Shown here in pieces: positions 22,798-35,539 of a stretch of DNA of 64,000 nucleotides. The DNA comes from Octopus sinensis (taxonomy: Eukaryota): NCBI RefSeq assembly GCF_006345805.1, contig NC_043005.1:89466001-89530000 (forward strand), written 5' to 3'. The notes below the pieces were generated by a model. It worked only from the letters and a program-made list of their open reading frames with translations, was not told the DNA's origin and ran no database searches. The position numbers and the translations under genes were made by a program. Each line of letters begins with the position of its first letter. The stretch's first letter is position 1.

Positions 22798-22804
22798 GTC
22801 TATC
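22720..22804. repeat. (TATC)n tetranucleotide microsatellite
   Basis: Direct reading. Confidence 0.98.
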
Positions 22805-23204
22805 AAATACACACACAAGCTTTCTAGCCCCACCCCCCTCACACAACTCCTGAGCATCATTAAATCTGCCACTCACACTCACTTTGTGCCCTCAACAATT
22901 CTCCTCATCTTTCCCACCAAACCCCATTCAGAAGATAAACCTGTGAAAGACAGAAAAATATGCGTTTTTTTTTTTTTTTTTTCATGGTTTTATTCTTGTC
23001 AGCTATTTTTGCCTCTGCTTCTGACAAATTTCCTTCGGCTTTGTCAGAATTAATACGCCTCTGGATAAAATGTTTCTTTGTGTTTCCTCGAGATACGAGT
23101 CTGAATTTTTTTTATCTAGTACCCCCCCTCCTTTCTCTCCATAAAATACTAGTAATGTGTGTAATAAATATGCGTAATATGTGTGGCGTGTGTATATGTA
23201 TATC

Positions 23205-23237
<33 letters not shown>

Positions 23238-25454
23238 TCATAGCTCTGTTTAGTTGTGAAAAACATTTGTTCATTTCCTATCCAATTTTATTCTGTTGAG
23301 GCTCTGTTGTTTTTTTTTTTAAAGAAACGAGAAGGTACCCTTGTCTTGTTGCGGTTGAGCTTTCTTTCATTTTCCACCTTGATTTCATAATCAATTATCG
23401 CCCAACCTCCAACACGCGCACCCGGCATTTATCTTTAATTCAAACAGATATTAGTAGCAAAGGCGGTAGTAGCAGTAGCAGCAGTAGTAGTTGTATTTTA
23501 ATGTGGTATGAACAGTGTTGTTGTTGTGATGATGATGTTGGTTATGGTAATGAAAGGGCAACAATATCATAGATTAAATACATCAGACAAAAATATAAGG
23601 CATCGATTCTGTTGTGAGCCTTTAAAAAAAAAGAAGAAATTTTATTAACTGTTGGTTTTGGCCGTGAAGGTTTGTGGTTGTGGCCACCTTGCATGTCTGC
23701 AGAAGACTGGTTGTTGCTGCCACTGTGTTGTAGAGTATCGAAATCGGACAAGTTTCTCTTCTCGCTTCCCTTTCACCCTCCACTGTTGTGTAGATGGATG
23801 GATGGATGCATCTATGACGTATGTAGGCATTCGTGTAAGCGTGTAATAACGACGCATCTATTACACACGTGTGTATGTCAGCTGTGTGTATGTGTGTGTG
23901 TGTCGGAGAAAGGTTCTCTGCATTATATGCGTGTGTGGATTTCTGGTTTCCTTGATCTATGAAGTGTATTCACACAAACACATCGTGAATAATCAGTACT
24001 GAAATATATAACGTTTTCATATATATATATATATATTATATATATATATATAATGTACACACACACCGAACTTGACGCACATTGTATCGTTTTGTGTACA
24101 CACACGTCAGCTAAATTGCTAATATGACTGTTGTGTATATGATACAAGAGTTACAGGCCGATGCTTCGCATCTTTGTCACAGACCAATGCGATGCTTGAT
24201 TTCTTTCTGCTGATCATCAACTACTGTACTAAATAAGACCATTGCAGTATTTAATTTCGTCACTTCTTGTGTTTTCATACGATTGTGGACAAAATAAGTG
24301 TTGCTTATATGCATAGTACCCATTTATTACAAGACTTAGTACGCATTACCGGCGAAAATGGTGGCTTTATGCCTGAGGTAGCAGCATCCATAGATAAGAT
24401 GTCGTGCTGTGCTTAGTGAAATCCGTTTTAATTTCTGAATTTAAATCCTACCCTGGTTCGCCTTTGACTTTCAACTTTCAATGGTTAATATAAATACGAA
24501 CTGAAGTAGTTTTAACTGACCCATGGCCTCAATTTCAAGCCTGCATGTGCTCGGCTTCACCCAGAGCTTCCTGAAAAACTTACCTTATTAACCATTGTAA
24601 GAATGCAATGCCTCATTTTTTAAGTTGAGACTCAGTTGTCAGGAATCTATATGGGGTCGTTTGACCTATTGGAAATAGCAGTCAAATATCATAGGCAAAC
24701 GTCTGGATGGTTACGGTTGGAATGTCGTTAATTATAAGTCTGTTCAGTGAAGGTTAACCCAGGGCTAAAATCCTGGCTGACTTCTGTCTGCCACAGGTCA
24801 ATCATATGTAATTAATTGATTGCACTCCTTACTCTGATTAAAATAATTAGCCTTGCGCTTGGTCAAAAGAAATTATCGATCACTGAATTAGGAACGAGGC
24901 CTAGATTATTATAAAGAACCTGAATGAAATTCTGTGGCGGCGTGTACATGGCCCTCTTAATTGCTTTATTGAAACGTGGTATTGTTTAGCTTTGAGAAAA
25001 TACACTTGATCTCAGACGTTCCAGCTCTGACCATCTCGCCTCTTTTTGAAACATTATCTAGGACTATTATCCAATCTATTCTTAGATATATGACTATTTT
25101 TTTTCCAACAGATCAATTGTCTACAAGATTTGAATAATGTGTTGCTGTGTGTGTGTGTGAGAGAGAAAGAGAGGAGGGGGTTGTTGAACTTGAAGAATTT
25201 CAGGTGTTGCAGCTAAAAAATTCCAGTCTGCTATGACCTGAATTATTTCCAGTCTTCAGGTTTAACCTACCACAACCAGAAACCAAACTGACAATTGCAC
25301 TCCAGTAAAGAAGGCTTCGAACCAATCAATAAACAGATTTTTGTGTGAATTCCTGTCGCTGTATATCGTCGCCGTGTCAAAGTTCTTTGCAACTTTGGAT
25401 CTGCTGAGCTGACACTTATAACAATGCTGAATAATAATAATAATAATAATTCAT

Positions 25455-25600
25455 TAATCTTTACATTCTGAGTTCAAATTCCGCTGAGGTCACTTGGCCT
25501 TTCATCTTTTCGGTATCATAAAAGTACCAGTTGCATAACGGTACCGATGTAATCGACATATCCTCTCCTCCGAAATTGCTGGCTTTGTGTCGAAATTATT
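25455..25600 (+). mobile_element. SINE family C, 5'-truncated, with (ATT)n tail
   Basis: TTCTGAGTTCAAATTCCGCTGAGGTCAC...AAGTACCAGTTG...AAATTGCTGGCTTTGTG. Confidence 0.75.
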
Positions 25601-26729
25601 ATTATTATTATAATTATTATTATTATTATTATCCCTTTGTCTGGACTTTATTCCTCTTAGACAATACCACTATGATGATGCTAATGATGGCTACCTATTC
25701 CTCATTAATACCTGGTTTACTGCGCTTCTCTTACTTTCTCCCTCTTATCGAAATTTAAATCCCTACCCTTTTCTATTCTACATACAAACTCTCTCTCTCT
25801 CTCACCTGTTCTCTTTTATCTCATCCCTTTCCCTTCTCCTCCCCCTCCTTTCACTCATTCTTTGTTTTATCACTCACTGCCTCTCCCTCTCCCTCTTTCG
25901 TTAACGTTTTCTGTCTTTTCCCTCTCTTTTCAATCCCCCCTCTCTCTCTGCTTTTCTTTTCTATCTTATTAACCCTTTGTCTCTCGTTCGCCTATTACCT
26001 CTTCTCTCCGTTTTCACTCTTTCTTCTCTTTTCCCCCTCTCTGCTCATTCGTATTCTGTCTCCCTCTTCCCTTTCTCTCTCTCTCTCTCCATTCTCTTCA
26101 CTCGTTCTTTTCCTCTTTTTTCTACTCATTCTCTTTCATATTCATTCAATCTCTTTCCTTCCCTGCCTCAGTCGGTCTCTTTTTCTCCTTCTTTTGCTCA
26201 CAACTCTCTTATGGAAGAATCATGACTTGATTCGGATTTGTATTTTAATGTGGTTTATTATTATTCATTCATTATATACACACGTGTTATACAGCTACCT
26301 TTGTTTCTACCGAATAAACTTAGACAACATACTTCTCTGTTATTCTGTGAACTCTGGTGTCCATGGACCGCATTTACAACAACAATCATAAAACATAAGC
26401 CAGCTGCCGCCAGAGCGGTCTTTTTTTTTTTTTTTTAACAATACCAGTTTTATCGGTTTTATATACAATTGTAATAGGTATTAAATATTTTTTATGTGCA
26501 GCAAACATTATCTGATAGAGAACTCAACACACTGGGTAGAGTAGATGTGTGTATGATTGCGTATGCGCGCGTGCGTTTGACAAATCTCAGTCATAAAGCT
26601 GAGGTAGAAGACGCTTGCCCAAAGTGCCACACGATGGGATCGAACCTCGAACAACATTGTTGGGAAGCGAACTTCTTAACCTTATAGCTGTGTTTGTACC
26701 CATTCTATCTCACTTGTTCACACTCCTTG

Positions 26730-26768
<39 letters not shown>

Positions 26769-27396
26769 ACTTTCTCCATCACTCTATCTCTCTCATATTA
26801 CTTCCTCCATCTCTCACTTTCTCTTCCAGTCCCTTGGCCCTCATAATTTCCCCTCTTTCTATCGCTCCTCCTTTCTCTCCATCTCTCCTTTCTCTCACAC
26901 GCATTGTACCCCACGCCTTCTCTCTATATCCATTGCTCTCTAATACCTCTAACTCTCTCTTTTCATCAGACTTACCCTCCCCTCTCTCTCCCTCAACGTT
27001 CTTCAATCCTTCACCCTCCCTCCCTCCTCTCTCTCCCACTCCATCAGTCAGTGATCAGACTGGAGCAGTTCAACGTTATCGATTTCTAAAGAAAAATTCA
27101 GTTGTTGTTGTTGTTGCAGGAGACTCAGCATGTTGGAATGGGAAGAATTCTGCGATCGTTTGATGGGGGAACATTCCAATGGGAGCAAGTGAACCTGGCC
27201 AACGTGTAGCACTTAGTGCTCAGAGACATCTTGCACACTTGTTTACGATAATAGCACGGCTTCTTCAATTATTTCCTTTTTTTTTTTTTCCATACAAATA
27301 CGAGCAAGAAGTACTTCAACGCCTCCTGGCTCCACGTCTCCTCTCTGCTTTCGTATTTACTTTTGCTTTCTCTTTCTACACAAATGTGTGTGTGTG

Positions 27397-27454
<58 letters not shown>

Positions 27455-27507
27455 TGTGTGTATGCGCAGTTACACACACAATCAGTAAACCCTGTTTGTG
27501 TGTATAT

Positions 27508-27710
27508 TGTTGTTTTAGTCATGTCTGTGGCCATGCTGGAGCACCGTCATAACGGGTTTTAGTCGAAGAAATCGCCACCAGGATTTATTCTTTGTAAGCC
27601 TGGTACTTATTCTATTGGTTTCTTTTGTCAAACCACTAAGTTATGAGGATGTAAACACACCAGCATCAGTTTTCAAGCGATGGTGGGGGAGGACAAACAC
27701 ACACACACAG

Positions 27711-27741
<31 letters not shown>

Positions 27742-28068
27742 ACATACATATATTATCAATAATAATAAAGGGTAAAATTAATTAATTAATAATTTTACCA
27801 AGTAGTTTGGTATGTTAAAAGAACCATTATTGGTAATCTTATACAAAAATTCTATAATTATGAGTATAATTATAGAATTTTTTTTGTATATACATATATA
27901 TATATGACAGGCTTCTTTCAGTTTCTATCTACTAAATCCAGTCACAAGGCTTTGGTCAGCCCAAGGCTATAGTAGAAGACACTTGTCCCAGGTGCCACAC
28001 AGTGGGACTGAACCTAGAATCATGTAGTTGGGAAGCAAGCATCTTACCACACAGGCACGCCTGCACCT
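27508..28068 (-). mobile_element. Full-length SINE family A with an AT-rich palindromic insert (27750-27895) in its internal microsatellite
   Basis: Reverse complement of the family A head (…CTTACCACACAGGCACGCCTGCACCT) and tail (TTTAGTCAT..GTGGCCATGCTGGAGCACC). Confidence 0.88.
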
Positions 28069-28117
28069 CTAAAATGGAAAAATGAAAGTGATGTATCATA
28101 TATATTTATTTGTGTGT

Positions 28118-28272
28118 GTGGTGTGTTTATGTCCCCGTAACTTAGCGGTGTGACAAAAAAGACCAATAGAATAAGTACTGGGCTTTCAAAGAATGAGTCC
28201 TGGGTTCGATTTGTTTGACTAAAGGTGGTGCTCCAGCATGGCCGCAGTCAAATGACTGAAACAAGTAAAAGA
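28118..28272 (+). mobile_element. SINE family A 3' half
   Basis: GTGTGTTTATGTCCCCGTAACTTAGCGG...CAGCATGGCCGCAGTCAAATGACTGAAACAAGTAAAAGA. Confidence 0.85.
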
Positions 28273-28317
28273 ATATAATATATCTATAAGTAAATAAATG
28301 GAGTTAAACGCAAGTAT

Positions 28318-28858
28318 TATTCAAATTCTTTTACTTCTGACATATGTTTCGAAATGTTTTATATTCTATTTCTCAAAGAACCCCTTTGTAAACACGTTTA
28401 TAGAACGTGTTTATCATTGCAAACATTGGCAGAAACATACCTTTAGTTCCTATAAGTGATTTCTACTATTCTATAAAATTTGACCTTTGATTGTCTTCTT
28501 ACATTTCACTACCACTAAATATATCAAATTCCATGCTTTTAAATTTTATTCTAATTTACCCGTCGTTCTATATTTCTCCACTATTAGTTTTCTGCTAATT
28601 TCTTTCCTTCTCCTCCTTCTCTTTCTATATGCTATCTTTGACTTTATATCTACTAACGGTTTAAAAAAAAAAAAAGTTAATAGCGTTCCATTCATGATCA
28701 TATGCAGTCATCACATTCTGATAAAATGTCTTATTGATGTGTTTGGTTTCTTTCTTTCCCTGATGAGAAGATTGTATTGTTTTACACCATTTTATTCCTT
28801 TTGAAATAATGCCAATATTGTCTTCGAAACGTATGTTGGAAGTAAAAGAATTTGAATC
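28318..28858. mobile_element. Penelope-like relic bounded by ~36-bp inverted repeats
   Basis: ATTCAAATTCTTTTACTTCTGACATATGTTTCGAA (28319-28353) versus TTCGAAACGTATGTTGGAAGTAAAAGAATTTGAAT (28823-28857); both contain the GAAAC..GTH hammerhead half. Confidence 0.6.
28755..28842 (+). ncRNA. Type I hammerhead ribozyme motif (Penelope-type)
   Basis: Stem I TTTCC/GGAAG; core CTGATGA 28760-28766; stem II GAAGATTGTATTG/CAATATTGTCTTC; GAAA 28826-28829; minimal stem III AC-GTAT-GT; cleavage triplet GTT (28835-28837). Confidence 0.65.
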
Positions 28859-29116
28859 ACACATGCGTTCAACTCCATTTATTTATTTATCTATATTATA
28901 CGAAACATTTAATTTAAACCTGGAGTTTCTTCCTTTACATATAGGTTGTTACATCCTTGTTACTTGTGTGAATTTTTGCTACCCTGGTAACTGTTTATTT
29001 ATTTTTTCTGTGTTATTTGTAAACACTAAAAAAACACACACACATTTATATATGTTTGTGCTGGTTTTAGCTGCTAGTATTGTGAGTTCTAGTATTGTGT
29101 GTGTGTGTAATATCTT

Positions 29117-29465
29117 TTGTTTCAGTCAGTAGGCTGTGGCCATACTGGGGCACTGCCTCGACGGGTTCTAGTCTTGCAAATCAAAACCAGTACATTTTTA
29201 AGTCTGAAACTTATTCTGTTGGTCTCTTTTGCTGAACCACTATGTTATGGGAGTGTAAACAAACCAACTTCAGTAGTCAAATGATGGGATGGACACACAC
29301 ACATACACATATAATGGGCTTCTTTCAGTTTCCATCTACCGCATCCACTCTCAAGATTTTGGTCGACTCAGGGCCATAGTTGAAAATATTTACTCAAAAT
29401 GCAGCAGTAGAATTGAACCTGAAATCTTGGGGTTGGGAAGCAAACCTCTTACCACACAGCCATAC
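29117..29465 (-). mobile_element. SINE family A
   Basis: TTGTTTCAGTCA..GTGGCCATACTGGGGCAC to GGAAGCAAACCTCTTACCACACAGCCA. Confidence 0.85.
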
Positions 29466-30097
29466 GTACTTCTGTATTCATAAATTCTCTAGCTATGATG
29501 AGCTTGTGTGAAAGAGAAGTGCCACTTTTGCATGGCCACGGCTTCAGGCTGAGAATTGCACTTCACTCCTCTCAAAAGTTGTTCTCGAACCTCTTTCCCC
29601 TGCATAGACACTCCCATACTAGTCATAAATATAAGCACGCACACACACAGTCAGTCGAGGGTCAAGGTGGGGATGGGGACGTAAAGTCGGTAAGAGGAAT
29701 GGGTGTGATGAGCTATTATTATGCATAGTGAGGTATTAAGAGTCACATTGGCCTCTAAGAATACTAAGAGTCACACACCTATGATGATGAGGAGGAGGAA
29801 GAGACAAAAAAGAAAAACAACAGTAAATAAACCAGGAAAATAATGGAAATGAATTAATTAGGCTTAAGGAGTAGGAGGGTTGTGTGTGTATGCCATCTCA
29901 TGTCAGTATAACATATACATAAAAATATGCATGTGTGTATATACAAATATGTACTTAGATGTACATGTGCATACACAAACGTGTGGCAATTGTAAGTTCT
30001 GAATCATTTGGTGCGTGTGTGTGTGTGTGTGCGACCATATATTCATACCATGCACATAATATGCATGTGCACACACGTGTGTGTGTGTGTGTGTGTG

Positions 30098-30138
<41 letters not shown>

Positions 30139-30258
30139 AGTATACACACACACAAATATATTGTAAAATGCCATAAGTCTTGAATGATAAACTAATATTG
30201 CACTGCTGTAGAGGCAAGTATATTCACACACACTGTGTAGAAATATAACAGATACTTA

Positions 30259-30540
30259 AAAGCCTTGAGTGGATTTGGGGGACAGAAACTGAAAGAAGCC
30301 TGTCATGTGTATGTATACATACATACATATGTGTGTGGGAGTGTATGTTTGTGTGTGTTTGTCCCTCTCCCCCACCATCGCTTGACCACTGATGCAGGTG
30401 TGTTTATGCCCCCGTAAATTAGCAGTTCAGCAAAAGAGACTGATAGAATAAGTACTAAGCTTACAAAGAATAAGTCCTGGGGTTGATTTGCTCGACTAAA
30501 GGCGGTGCTCCAGCATGGCCACAGTCGAATGACTGAAACA
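30259..30540 (+). mobile_element. SINE family A, headless
   Basis: AAGCCTTGAGTGGATTTGG...GAAACTGAAAGAAGCC...CAGCATGGCCACAGTCGAATGACTGAAAC. Confidence 0.85.
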
Positions 30541-31286
30541 TTTTGCTATCAATATGACCTAATTAACTGATTCTTGCATATGTACATACAAGAAGAATCA
30601 GTGGGGCAATGAGAGGCCAGTAGGAACTAGATAAGGAGAGGAGGTTTGTACTAAGAAATAGGATGGGCCTGGCCCACATAGATGTATGTGAGCACTTGAG
30701 GCTGTATGGCTATAAAGTTCACTTCTGCATGGTTTCAGGTGCCGTACTGTGGACAAGTGTCTTTTACTATAACCTCAGGCTGACTAATACCTTGGGAGTG
30801 AATTTGGTGGATGGAAACTGTTTGAAGCCAACTATTTGTATGTGTGGGTTTGTGTGAATGTTTGCGTGCACCTTGCATGGAAAAGGGCCGAATTAGTGAT
30901 GGCAATGTTTGTTGGTATTTCCCTGTCTACTCATTGTCTGCTATGCACTTTCAAAAGTAAGTTGAATGTAAACTTTCTTGAAAAATTAGTGTTAGCAACA
31001 GGAAGAGCACCCAGCTGTAAAAACATCTCAGTGATGTATATGTATCTAACCCTTGCTAGCATGGACAAAAAGATGTATAATGAAGAAATATATGTTTGAA
31101 GCTCCACCAAAGCTATAGAGGGATACACAGGCACTTGACTATGAGTGCTTTGCATTTATAGCAGAAACAGCTGTAAGCTAATGGAGGTCTTGATATTCAT
31201 GACAATTTTTTGTTGTGAAGCATGTTCTAACACCAGGTTATTAGTATTTCTATGCTTAATCATAATAATAATTATATATTTGTGTG

Positions 31287-31770
31287 TGTGGCACCTTGGG
31301 CAAGTATCTTCTACTATAGCCTTTGGCCAACCAAAGCCTTGTGAGTGAATTTGGTAGATGGAAACTGAAAGAAGCCCATTGTGTGTATGTATACATACAT
31401 ACGTGTGTTTGTGTTTGTCCCCCCCCACCATCGCTTTACAACCGATGCTGGTGTGTTTATGCCCCCGCAACTTAGCAGTTCAGCAAAAGTGACTGATAGA
31501 ATAATTACTAAGCTTACAAAGAATAAGTTCTGGGGTTGATTTGCTCGCAGTCAAATGACTGAAACAAGTAAAAAAAAGAAAATATATATTTATATTTGTG
31601 TGTGTGTACACATGCAGACATGGTTGTGCGGTTACGAAGCTTGCTTCTCAAATTCTTGGTTTTGTGTTCATCTCACTGTGCAGCCCCTTAAGTGTCTTCT
31701 GCTATAAGCTCTTAACCAGTCATTGCATTGTGAATGAATGTTGTAGATGGAAATTGGAGGAAGCCCAATG
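31287..31770 (+). mobile_element. SINE family A copy followed by a degenerate second head (31612-31770)
   Basis: GTGGCACCTTGGGCAAGTATCTTCTACTATAGCC...GACTGAAACAAGTAAAA, then TGGTTGTGCGGTTACGAAGCTTGCTTCTC. Confidence 0.8.
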
Positions 31771-32046
31771 TATCTAGATGGGGGGAGGGATGTGTTTTGT
31801 GTTCAGATCTGCATAACTGTTGACATCCTCCCATGGGTTTATTTGAGCAAAATGGTGATTATAATGTGTCCATTCCTTGTTGATATTGCAACTAGTCATT
31901 CTGTGTTTTTAGAGACCTTTGGAATGAAAATTTGTTTGCTTGAACAAGAGGTAATGGTTTGTGACAGGAAGAGCATCCAGTTATAAATACTACCTAAAAC
32001 ACTGCTGGAATGGGAAAAAAAACTGATATTAAATGCTCATAAACGC

Positions 32047-33070
32047 ATGCATCTCTACATATGTGCGTGTGTGTGTGTATATATACATATATATGTATGT
32101 GTATCTATATATATATATGTATGTGTATCTATATATATGTATGTGTATCTATATATATATATGTATGTGTATATATATATGTATGTATATATACATACAT
32201 ATATGTATGTGTATATATGTATGTATATATACATACATATATGTATGTGTATATATGTATGTATATATACATACATATATGTATGTGTATATATGTATGT
32301 ATATATACATACATATATGTATGTGTATATATGTATGTATATATACATACATATATGTATGTGTATATATGTATGTATATATACATACATATATGTATGT
32401 GTATATATATATGTATGTATATATACATACATATATGTATGTGTATATATATATGTATGTATATATACATACATATATGTATGTGTATATATATATGTAT
32501 GTATATATACATACATATATGTATGTGTATATATATATGTATATACATACTACATATATGTATGTGTATATATATATGTATGTATATATACATACATATA
32601 TGTATGTATATAACATACATATATGTATGTATATATACATACATATATGTATGTGTATATATATATATGTATGTATACATACATACATATATGTATGTGT
32701 ATATATATATATGTATGTATACATACATACATATATGTATGTGTATATATATATATGTATGTATACATACATACATATATGTATGTGTATATATATATAT
32801 GTATGTATATATACATACATATGTGTATATATATATATGTATGTATATATACATACATATGTGTATATATATATATGTATGTATATATACATACATATAT
32901 GTATGTGTATATATATATGTATGTATATATACATACATATATGTATGTGTATATATATATGTATGTATATATACATACATATATGTATGTGTATATATAT
33001 ATGTATGTATATATACATACATATATGTATGTGTATATATATATGTATGTATATATACATATGTATTATA
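32047..33070. repeat. ~1-kb minisatellite, 34-40-bp unit built from TA/TG/CA with an internal palindrome
   Basis: Unit ATATGTATGTGTATATATGTATGTATATATACATAC repeated about 27 times. Confidence 0.97.
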
Positions 33071-33149
33071 GATCTCCACATGTACTCCTTGGCACAAAGT
33101 ATTATACACTCTGCCATTTGAGAGAGAAACTCCTATGTTACCAGCTGGA

Positions 33150-33364
33150 GCGTTTACACTGACCATATGAGGACAAGATATTCTGCCGGGTTTTGAGTTC
33201 AGACTGGCCAAATCCTGCCTCACACACCAACCCTATAATGTTATTCTAAAAATAAATAACGTTGTCATTGAAATCTCCAAGTTACAAGATAATCCATGAT
33301 TAAATTCAAAACAGTGTGAATAATCATTATGTTTAACAGAATAATCTGGTTGCTAAAGGGTTAA
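33150..33364. mobile_element. TTAA-type (piggyBac-like) MITE
   Basis: Ends GCTAAAGGG|TTAA; body (CTCACAC..ACCCTAYAATGT.ATTCT.AAAATAAA...CATTGAA.TCTC) shared with 38705-38914. Confidence 0.65.
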
Positions 33365-34796
33365 TAGGTCCCTGAACTTTTCCCAGTTCGTACTCTTCTA
33401 GTTACTATGCTTTCAGAACACTTACACTGTTAATTAGGTCATATTGATAACAAAATCTAAATTTAGAATTTAGTGAGCCTCCTGAACATTTCAAGTAATG
33501 TTTCCTGTATTCATACTGTTAAATACTCCAGCCTTTCTGCCACCTAAGAAGTATATCTTCCCTGACAGCCTACCTGTGGCTTACACTGCTTGTACATATG
33601 TAGTTTACACTGGATACACCTTATGAAATTTCTATATTGTCCTTTTTCTCCATATCAAGCCTGGACATTTCTCTTGAGGTAGCAAAGAATTGTCTTTGTG
33701 TATTTGTATTGTTTGACTTTGATTTGTGTTTGTAAAAGTTTTTCAGCACAAAACTACACCTGGTTGGTCATCGGTTTTAATAGGAAGTGGTGAGGTTTAT
33801 TCATTTTCTAGTTTGTTATCATATGGAGAAAACAATAACATTTAATTGCTAGATATTGTAGCAGGTAGTGAATGGGTTTTATCCCTGTTACAAAGGATAG
33901 GAGTGGCCTTTCAAGCTTTTGTTAACAATTTGGTTAAATATGCAAAATTGTAACTAATTGCTTAGGGAACTCCATGGTTGAAGCATGATAGTTCAGGTTT
34001 TTTTTTCTTAAGGTAATATAGTGGTCTGTTGCAATATGTGTAATTTCTTATTGAGACAAAAACAACAGTTGTATGTTCTGGGTAACGAGGAACAAAAGGA
34101 TTTTTATTTCCCTTGTCTTTGAAGGTGTGAAATGAGCAGATGATTAACTGGCAAAGCAATATTTGCAATTCATTGCTCATAGCTGCTGTTGTGGAGCATC
34201 TATTTAAATATTCGATTTTAACTTTTTTCTTTGTTTTTCATTGTTTTGTCACATAAATTCAGTTTCTCCTCTCACAATTATAACGGCCCTTGCCCCTCAG
34301 TTCTAGCTGTCTACCTATCCTCACTATCCTGCCTGTCTCTTCCTATTTATCTCTTTTATATATCTACCTTAATCCTAGAACTGGTGCTAAACACTTTGCC
34401 CGATCCATATTCTGTACAACTATGGCCCTTTGGAAATATTGACTTTGCAATGTCAAAACTTGAACCCCTGCAATCCCATCAAACCAACCAGTCTAGGAGG
34501 ACTGTGTGTGATGAAACAACTCACTTATTAGTTTCTCTCCTCTTGACCTTTTATTTTGTTTTCTGTTTGTGGGGCCGGTCTCATCTCCCTAAACTTGCTG
34601 CTTCAGACAGGCTGTGTTGTTTAGAATATTTATAAACATGATCCCTCTAGAAAACTTCTCTCCTAACATTGGACTTGTTGTTTGTGTCTGTGTCTCTATA
34701 TGTATTTATATGGGTAGCTGTATGTGTGTGCATGGGACTGTGTATGTCTGTGCATATAGGTATAGGTGCGTATGTGTGTGCATTTTATATATATAC

Positions 34797-35169
34797 TAGC
34801 AGTATCGCCCGGCGTTGCTCGGGTTTGTAAAGGAAATAACTATAAAGCATTTTTAGAGAGTTATAGCCAAAAGATGGGAAAAAAATGATGGTAAATTTTT
34901 TTTTTAGAGTTAAAAAGGTCGAGTTGCGTCCCCTAGACCATCTGTGGTTTGTGTTTCTGATTGTCGACCCCATGTCGAATTTATCGATCTTTTTCAGAAC
35001 TGGGGGAACTTTTCAAAATTTTCGCTGCGTTAGTTTTGAATTATGACATTGGGCTATGTGTGTGTCAAGTTTCATCAGAATCGGTTGAAAGCCATGGTCA
35101 GGGTGAGGGTACAACCTAACAGACACACAGACACGCACACAGACAAACTGCTGTTTATATAGAGAGAGA
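34797..35169 (-). mobile_element. Non-autonomous Helitron
   Basis: Minus strand starts A|TCTCTCTCTATATAAAC, has a (CTGT)-like microsatellite and CCGATTCTGATGAAACTTG, and ends with hairpin CCCGAGCAACGCCGGG, GATACTG, CTAG|T. Confidence 0.8.
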
Positions 35170-35177
35170 TATATATA

Positions 35178-35408
35178 ATCACCGTGACCAACCAGCCTAT
35201 CAGATGTTGCTACACATCGCTGGTTACAATGCGCTTCACATTGTTTTAGCCTTCAAATGACAAAAGTGCAGCAGGGATCGCCACCTCCCCCTGCCGGAGC
35301 CTCGTGGAGTTTTAGGTGTTTTTGCTCAATAAACACTCACAACGCCCATTCTGGGAATCGAAACCGCGAGTCCGCTGCCCTAACTACTGGGCCATTGCGC
35401 CTCCACCA
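35178..35408 (-). mobile_element. tRNA-derived SINE family D
   Basis: Minus strand GTGGAGGCGCAATGGCCCAGTAGTTAGGGCAGCGGACTCGCGGTTTCGATTCCC (A/B boxes) followed by an unrelated body. Confidence 0.75.
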
Positions 35409-35505
35409 TATATATATATATATATGAAATATAAATTGGACATGATCGATCGTTGTATTCTTTCTTGTCTTGAGGTTCACAGCCAAACTGCTGGGTGGAT
35501 TCGCA

Positions 35506-35539
<34 letters not shown>

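Noticed and set aside
27130-27562. MLEWEEFCDRL... and MGASEPGQR... ORFs as coding exons
   Set aside because: No recognisable homology and no strong in-phase donor; the longer ORF runs into a microsatellite and a SINE.
32033-33223. ORFs of 150-364 aa on both strands
   Set aside because: Same microsatellite artefact.
35330-35408. tRNA gene
   Set aside because: A/B boxes are present but there is no complete cloverleaf, and it continues into a SINE body. The same applies to family A, C and E heads.
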